A stretch of DNA of 64,000 bases from Octopus vulgaris (taxonomy: Eukaryota), in assembly GCA_951406725.2 (NCBI GenBank), contig OX597814.1:171554001-171618000 (forward strand), in the 5' to 3' direction. The notes under the pieces are model-generated. The model ran no database searches, had not been told where the DNA came from, and saw only the letters and a list, made by a program, of their open reading frames with translations. Positions 55,270 to 64,000 of this stretch are shown here, in pieces (the stretch's first letter is position 1; the number at the start of each line of letters is the position of its first letter). The translations under genes and the position numbers were made by a program.

Positions 55270-55900
55270 ACACTATTCGTAGAACGAAGTTAGTTCCTTC
55301 ATCAGCAAGTACACGGCAAGCTGGCATGTGGTCTTGTCATTTTGGTTACAAAAACTTATAATGGAAAATTTAGAGCACACCTAACGTCAGAGTAGTCATC
55401 TATCAGAAACCGTTGATGAGAGATCTAAACCTGAATGTAATCCGACAGCGCAGCCTTCGGTCGTTTGTGACGATGGATATAATAAAAATATGCTAAGGTA
55501 AACAAGAAAACGTATGTATCAGACTGTCGGTTGCTCAAACAACTGCTTTACTCCCAGCACAATGAAGGAAAGCCAATCTTACTCGAAGGAGACAAAGTGA
55601 GGGGAGACATAGTGAGGGACTGTAAGGAAATTTATTAGCGAGTAGTTAACGAATAATAGATACTTGCGGTGAGGAAGAATCTATGATGCTGACTAACAAT
55701 TCGACACACTATAAACCGAAAATCTCTTCGATACACACGAGCATAGAAAGCACAGCAAAGCGATTAACACAGCATAACTTCAACGAAACAAAATACCTGG
55801 CCTGTCACAAGACTAGTGGGTCTCACATTGGCCTACATCATAACATGAAGCTCCTAAAATCTTTAATCTGGTGGACAATTATCCTCCACCCGTAAGGACT
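55270..55900 (+). mobile_element. Decayed RTE-clade LINE 3' region
   Basis: IRQRSLRSF (IxxRRLRWxGH-like) at ~55440 and ACHKTSGSHIGLHHN (CxRxxxSRIGLxSH-like) at ~55800, in the expected order. Confidence 0.55.
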
Positions 55901-55904
55901 GCCG

Positions 55905-55943
<39 letters not shown>

Positions 55944-56607
55944 CAGGTAATCAGTATAATTCATGATAAGAAAGAAATGAATTGTACAGAGTAAGTATAT
56001 TTGATGCTTGTCTTCTAAGAAAATAGCTAGATGTTTCAACTTTCGTCTCTTGAAAGGACTTCCAACAGTTTTCATCAGCAAAATCTTACTCATAAGGCAT
56101 TTGTTAATCCGTGTCTATAAGTGAAAATACTTCAGAAGTTACGATTGGTAGGATGGAACTCAGTAACACGTGGCTACGGAGTGAATTATATTGCACCTCA
56201 GCCATGCTAGAAAAAGTACGATAATTAAAAGACTAGTAATTAACAAAATCAGCAAAAAACTTGAGTGCTGTTGTTGTTGTTATTACTCCTGGTTTTTGCT
56301 GTCACTTGGATGTTGCTCTTAGCTCCGAGTTAATTACATTCGAGAAGATTTATGATCAAAGGGGAACACACAGCCTATTATACTGGGCATTGTACAGCGA
56401 CAGACCATATAATCTGATGCGTCCTTATTTCTCAGGGACTATTTAGGGTGTAACTTGGGGAGATTTCGTTACTTTTTTCTAGAAGTTCAAATGTTTTATT
56501 TTTTTTTGTGCGTGTTAGCAAAAGAATGATAATATTGTTGAAGACTTATAACACCTGTTAAATCCTCACTGCCTTAATCAGTTAATAGAATACATTTTTA
56601 ATTAATA

Positions 56608-57433
56608 CGAGGTGGTATCAGAAACGGTACCGAGTAACATCACTGTGTTCACATCGCAAGTTGTGAAATTTGTGTTTTTGTGATCACGTATATGTTATAG
56701 TCAGTTATTTTGTCGTGGACAGGAACAAAGAGCCAACGTGAAATTCTGCGTTAAACTTGGGAAGTAAACTACAAAGATATTGAGCTTTCTTTGACAAGTT
56801 TACGGCGATGAGGTAATGAGTCGTATATAAGGGTTCGAGTGGTACGAGCACTTCAAAAGTGGAAGAACGTCCCTGGAAGACAATGAGCGATCTGGAAGAC
56901 CTGTCGGAAATGTGGTGTTGTGCATCGAGAATTCATCCTCTTGGGCCAGACCGTCAATCAAGAGTTCTACTACGACATTTTAAAGTGTTTGAGGGAGGAC
57001 ATGCGGCGAAAGTGACCGGATCTGTGGAGCGCAAAGAACTGGATTCTTTACGACGACATGCACCTTATCACCGAGCTCTTCTTACTCGTGAATTTCTCAC
57101 CAAAAGCAACATGGTATCGCTTCCGCACCCACCCTGTTCGCCAGATTTTGCACCTGTGGACTGCCATCTGTTCCCCAGGATAAAAATGCAGCTCAAAGGT
57201 CACTGTTTTAACACCGTTTTTGTGATCCAGTGCAAATCGCAGAAGGTCCTCGACTCGCTTACGGAAAACGACTTTCAGGCCGGGTTTCAAAATTGCAGGA
57301 ACACTGGGACCGGTGTATTTTCCAGCAATACACCGTTTCGATGATGTTTCGAAGGAGATGATGTTAAAACTTAGATAAATAAGCTATTTTTTCACAAACA
57401 TAACCGTTCCGGCAATTTTTTGATACCACCTCG
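56608..57433 (+). mobile_element. Internally deleted mariner (CGAGG-type TIR, irritans/Hsmar2-like)
   Basis: TA|CGAGGTGGTATCA ... TGATACCACCTCG|TA; LEDNERSGRP and LPHPPCSPDFAPVDCHLFP. Confidence 0.9.
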
Positions 57434-58030
57434 TATTTCAAAATGCGAGAATAAACGATGTTGCTTTTGCTGTTCCGTCACAGGTTAGTTTTGGTCTAAC
57501 AAGCTATGATTAAAGGCATTCCACTAATGGCAACCCATAAAATTGGAAGACATGCAAAACTAAATTATCCAAACGTGTTCTTCATTTTTTTCCCGTCTGT
57601 TAGACAATAGCGTAGATTGTACAGAAAAAGTTCTGGCTGGCTGTTATTTCCTGCAAGCCGAGCAACTACGTAAGGGTTTTGTCGTTTGGTACAAAACTAC
57701 CACGCATTGAGTTTGTCTGCGATTAACGACAAGATTGTTAAACTTTAATTTCTCACTTGTCGATCAAACTCTATCCGACTTGGAAAGATTCTTGTCTTGA
57801 ATTTAAAGAACCGAAACTTAACCAAGTCAAAGTACAAAGGATAGAATACGTGCATAACAATGAAAAAAAGAAAGCCCCTCCCCCAAAATAATAATCCGCA
57901 ACAAACAAACATGAAGAACGGAAACAGAATTACAGCTGTAGAAATAGCAGAGCGAATTGCAACTGTTCTACAACGTATACAATTTTAAACCCAAGTAAAC
58001 AATAAGAGCAATACTTGAAACAACAAAGCC

Positions 58031-58065
<35 letters not shown>

Positions 58066-58088
58066 TAATAATAATAACGATGATGATG

Positions 58089-58134
<46 letters not shown>

Positions 58135-58190
58135 TAATAATAATAATAATGATAATAATAATGATAATAATAATGATAATAATAATGATG

Positions 58191-58233
<43 letters not shown>

Positions 58234-58382
58234 TAATAATGATAATAATAATAATAATAATAATAATGATAATAATAATAATGATAATAATAATAATAAT
58301 AATAACAATAATAATAATAATAAATATAATAATGATAATAATAATAATAATAACAATAATAATAATAATAAATATAATAATG

Positions 58383-58480
<98 letters not shown>

Positions 58481-58511
58481 GGTGATGATGATGATGATGA
58501 TGATAATAATA

Positions 58512-58550
<39 letters not shown>

Positions 58551-58570
58551 ATAATGATAATAATAATAAT
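58031..58570. repeat. 540-bp (AAT)/(GAT)/(GGT) array
   Basis: Directly visible. Confidence 0.95.
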
Positions 58571-58947
58571 CCTTTGTCTACTTCCTTTTATGTTGTATTT
58601 TGTAGTGATTTTATATATTTGTTCACTTAATTTTACTGTTTGTTTTTTTCATGGGTACCATTGTTGTTTGTGCATGTGTGTATATGTGGTTGAGAGTATG
58701 CATGCATACATGTGAGCCAGTGTAAGCGGATGTGAGTTATATTTTTCTGTAGTTTTATATTTTGGGCTTTGTACACACGCTCAGCGAATGTGTTGTTTGA
58801 TTGTGTATGTCTCAGAGCATATATTTACACACACAAACACACACACACACACACGTAAACACACACGAGAGCACGCACACACACACACACACACACGTAA
58901 ACACACACGAGAGCACGCATACACACACACTCAAGTATATACGCATA

Positions 58948-59043
<96 letters not shown>

Positions 59044-59539
59044 ATGTATATATATATGTATGTATATGTATATATATATGAAGAGAGAGAGAAAGAGAAA
59101 CAGAGAGAGAGAGGACACACAAACATACACACATTTATAAACATATATATGCATATACATAAGCACATGCAGACACACACACATATACATACATATATAT
59201 ATATATATTAAATGTGGGATGTAAAATTTTTATCTGTTGACTCTTGATCTTTTGCCGAAATTCTTTTGTAAAAGTCTTACGCTAAATACAGTAAAATACA
59301 GACCGATCTATGGGAATGCTACTAGAACTGTCATGACCTGCAGTTTCGGACGGGAATATTTACATGGCAACTATCTTAATACTTCAACTGATGGCCTCTG
59401 ACAGCTGACACAAACCTGCGCCTCTTACCGAAATCAAAGTTTATCCTGCACTTTAAAAACCAAATAAAATACTATGCCTGTCTACATGGATGTGTATATA
59501 TGTATATATATATATATATATATACACATATATATATAC

Positions 59540-59632
<93 letters not shown>

Positions 59633-59842
59633 CACACATATATATACATATATATATACATATGCATGTGTATATTTATGTATGCATGTATGTATGTTTA
59701 TATATATATAATATTGTATAATATATATATATATATTTCACCTTCGTCTTTATATATATATATATATATATATAAGTACGAATATATCTATCTATCTATA
59801 TATATAAATATATATATATATATATTATATACATATATATGT

Positions 59843-59873
<31 letters not shown>

Positions 59874-60534
59874 ATTCACAGTCTCAGTCGTAGAATACAT
59901 TTATATATTTAGTATATATAACAATATGCATGTATGTATTCGCGTATGTATGTACGTGTATGTGCGTTGTACACATTATACGCACACATACGGTAAAGTA
60001 TATATACTTTTATATGTATATATATATTTATATGTGTGTATGTATATGTGTATTTGTGTGTTTACGTGTGTACATCCTCGTAGACATACGTGTAGCTCCA
60101 TAGGTGTACATATACATATGAACGCATATATACACCACAAACACACACATATATACACATAGGCATGCATTTATGCATGTATTTACAAGTGAGTGCAAAA
60201 CGTAAAATATATACACCTATATAATACAGTTCACGAACGATAGAAAGACTGGAGAATGAAAATAATGAACCGAGGGAAAAAGGAAGGAATGTATGAGGGA
60301 AGGAAGTTGAAAAAAGGGACGTAATATGTAGCTTGTAATTTATGGGAGAAATGCGAAATGGAGCAACTGAAAGAAAGAAGAAAATATGGCCACGGTTGAG
60401 GGCGTGTGAATGTGAATGGAAAGGTAACAAGGTAGAAATCTATGAATGAATTTATAGTTGTCTATATCTCGATATCTGAGTACGAATATATCCGTATATA
60501 TGTATATATGTATATATGTATATCTATATATGTA

Positions 60535-60893
<359 letters not shown>

Positions 60894-61044
60894 CACAAAT
60901 ATGATCAAAATAAGCAACAAGGATTTCCATGTTGCATATTTTCATTATCATCACCCCATTTGGAATTATATGGATAATACCATACCAAATTCTGGTGCCT
61001 TTATCTTAAGTACCATATTCAACTGAATCTAAATTTGTACTGAA

Positions 61045-61144
<100 letters not shown>

Positions 61145-61159
61145 TGCAGGAGTGGCTCT

Positions 61160-61330
61160 AGGTGCAGGAGTGGCTGTGTGGTTAGTAGCTTGCTAACCAA
61201 CCACATGGTTCCGGGTTCGGTCCCACTGCATGGCATCTTGGGCAAGTGTCTTCTGCTATAGCCCCGGGCCAACCAATGCCTTGTGAGTAGATTTGGTAGG
61301 CGGAAACTAAAAGAAGCCTGTCGTATATAT

Positions 61331-61366
<36 letters not shown>

Positions 61367-61576
61367 ATGTGTTTGTGTGTCTGTGTTTGTCTCCCTCGCA
61401 TTGCTTGACAACCGATGCTGGTGTGTTTATGTCCCCGTCACTTAGCGGTTCGGTAAAAGAGACCGATAGAATAAGTACTGGGCTTACAAAGAATACGTCC
61501 CGGGGTCGATTTGCTCGACTAAAGGCGGCGCTCCAGCATGGCCGCAGTCAAATGACTGAAACAAGTAAAAGAGAGT
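61160..61576 (+). mobile_element. SINE-A full-length
   Basis: Complete head and tail; first 17 bp duplicated at 61141. Confidence 0.9.
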
Positions 61577-61766
61577 ATATATTTATCAAAGTCGATATCT
61601 AAATGAAATGTTGATTATGTTCCCAGAAGTAAACCGATGAAACACGTTTACTGCAGATGGCTACAAGACGTCATCCACGGTATTAATACTATTATCGCTG
61701 GAATTACATCGGAGATTCCTCAGTGTACGTTGAATATATAATAGCAAATGATAAGACTGGAAAATG

Positions 61767-62109
61767 GAATATGAAAAAATTTATTGCTCACAACGACCGT
61801 TACGAATCATCTGCATCGATCCCTCGCAGGTGGGATACTGTGCAACTGGTTGTGGTGCATTCCTCGGTGCAGAAGCATCTTAGGTGATGTTATAAGGGTC
61901 TTAAACATAGAATCACTAGCAAAATGGTGTATTAAAACCGAGAGAAACAGAGTTTATTTAACGAGACACCCCTTATAAAATGACCTGAGGAGACGTGTCA
62001 GCATCGAGGGATGCATTAAAACCAGTTGTACAGTATCCTACCTGCGAGGGGATTGATGCAGGATGCGTCGAAACAATCGTAGTGAGCAATAAAGTTTCAC
62101 GTATATTCA
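61767..62109. repeat. ~135-bp inverted repeat pair (Penelope pLTR-like) with ~55-70-nt spacer
   Basis: 61767-61898 is the diverged reverse complement of 61970-62109. Confidence 0.85.
61981..62085 (+). ncRNA. Hammerhead ribozyme motif with extended stem II
   Basis: TGAC-CTGAGGA-GACGTGTCAGCATCGA..TTGATGCAGGATGCGTC-GAAAC-AATC-GTA-GTGA, followed by AATAAA at 62088. Confidence 0.75.
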
Positions 62110-62399
62110 ATTTTCTGTCTCTATCATTTGTTATATATACATACATGCATGCATACATACATGCATGCATACATACATACATACATACATACATACATAC
62201 ATACATACATACATACATACATACATACATACATACATACATACATACATAATGGACTCTCCCGTCGTTAGACGACGTATGAGATTTCGACAATTTCTTA
62301 CCGAACAACCACAAATGATTTATTTATAGTGATCAAATGTTTGTGTGGATATAAGCTCACTCCCTCCATCAGTTCAACATTACCTGTATGGGTGCGACC

Positions 62400-62542
62400 G
62401 GTGCCACATATCAGATGATGAAATGATCACAGAGCAACATGAAATCAAGTGCTTTGCTCAAGAACACAACGCAACCTCCGATCTGGGAATCGAACCCACG
62501 ATCTCGCAATCGCGAATGCAACACCCTAACCACTAAGCCATG
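62400..62542 (-). mobile_element. tRNA-derived SINE head with CORE-like motif
   Basis: Minus strand TGGCTTAGTGGTTAG..GGTTCGATTCCC..GTTGTGTTCTTGAGCAAAGCACTT. Confidence 0.75.
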
Positions 62543-62733
62543 GATCTTCTGTCTGGTTTAAAAACCCACATCAGATGCCATGATGATTCTAAGGTGTAGG
62601 TACAGGACGTGGTCAAACTCTGCATAAGGAGTAGACAACCACCATATATATATACAAATACAGGAGTAATTACATAGATGCCACACAAGATGGTAAAATA
62701 GTCCTCGAATACCAAATGTAGAGTGTGTGTATG

Positions 62734-62781
<48 letters not shown>

Positions 62782-62818
62782 TATACATGCATATATATAT
62801 GTATACATCCATGTATAC

Positions 62819-62852
<34 letters not shown>

Positions 62853-63038
62853 TGTATGTATATACATGTATATGTATACATATATATGTGCGTGTGTATA
62901 TTTATATATATATATGTGTATGTGTGTGAATGTACATATACTTACATATATATATTTATTATTTATAGATGTATATATAGATATATGTATGCATATACAT
63001 ATACATACATATATACATATCTATATACACACACGCAC

Positions 63039-63088
<50 letters not shown>

Positions 63089-63370
63089 GCATGTGTGTGC
63101 TCGTGGAAGAAGGTGATGTTTGTACCTGTGTTTTAGTAGTAGATTGAACATATTTACTGTCATTTCATTTACAATCAACTTTCATATTTTTGTATTTAAT
63201 TCAAGTAACAACCCGCATCTTAACATTCTCATATTCCACATACATATGTCATGTATTCCCATATATTATTTATTCTCACATACCATACTGTTTTACCCCG
63301 AATAAATGTTGTATGTATTATGTTCGTAAGTTCCAAATTCTGTGTACTAAACGTATATATTATTGAATAA

Positions 63371-63603
63371 GGCGGCGAGCCGGCAGAAACGTTAGCACGC
63401 CAGGCGAAATGCGTAGCCGTATTTCGTCTGTCGCTACGTCCTGAGTTCAAATTCCGCCAAGGTCGACCTTGCCTTTCATCCTTTCAGGGTCGATTAAATA
63501 AGTAGCAGTTACGCACTGGGATCGATATAATCGACTTAATCTGTTTGTCTGTCCTTGTTCGTCCCCCTCTGTGTTTAGCCCCTTGTGAGTAGTAAAGAAA
63601 TAG
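63371..63603 (+). mobile_element. SINE-B full-length with 16-bp TSD
   Basis: GTATATATTATTGAAT at 63353-63368 and 63603-63618. Confidence 0.9.
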
Positions 63604-63629
63604 TATATATTATTGAATCAGACCAATGC

Positions 63630-63845
63630 AGCGAGCTTGACACAATCATTTGCACACCGGATAAAAAAGCATAGCGACATTTCACATGTCTTTAGGTTCT
63701 GAGATCAAATCCCACCAAGATCGACTTTGCCTTTCATCCTTTCGGCGTCGATAAAATAATTATTGGTTGAACACTGGGATCGATGTAATCGACTTACTCC
63801 TCTCCCTGAAAAGTGCTGACTTGGTGCTAAAATTTAAAGCCATTA
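63630..63845 (+). mobile_element. SINE-B older copy
   Basis: Family alignment. Confidence 0.75.
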
Positions 63846-64000
63846 TTTAGTCAGATCCACCCTCATGAGCTTGGCACCAACGCACACGTAACCATACATA
63901 CGCACAATCGAGCATCGTTACCCGTCTCTCTTTCTGTATACATGCACAATCGAACGCGGGCGCATACACACACACTCATTCATTTCGCTCTAAGTTCAAT

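Overview
AT-rich, extremely microsatellite-dense animal genomic DNA, intronic or intergenic. The repeat families suggest a cephalopod such as Octopus (inference). I find no credible host protein-coding exon; nearly all listed ORFs are translated simple repeats. Recognisable content: three defective mariner transposons, several MITEs and an 820-bp long-TIR element, two non-autonomous Helitrons, a fragmented Penelope-like retroelement (RT plus GIY-YIG region), R4/Dong-like and RTE LINE relics, dozens of copies of at least three tRNA-derived SINE families (some as fixed-junction multimers), and a short 18S rRNA fragment. The most striking hidden signal is 7 recognisable Penelope-type minimal hammerhead ribozyme motifs plus 2-3 decayed ones. 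Most sit in ~200-300-bp non-coding elements embedded in microsatellites. One family carries a shared non-canonical core (U at position 6), and one motif has a ~78-nt stem II domain inside a long inverted repeat. All calls were made by eye; no searches were run.
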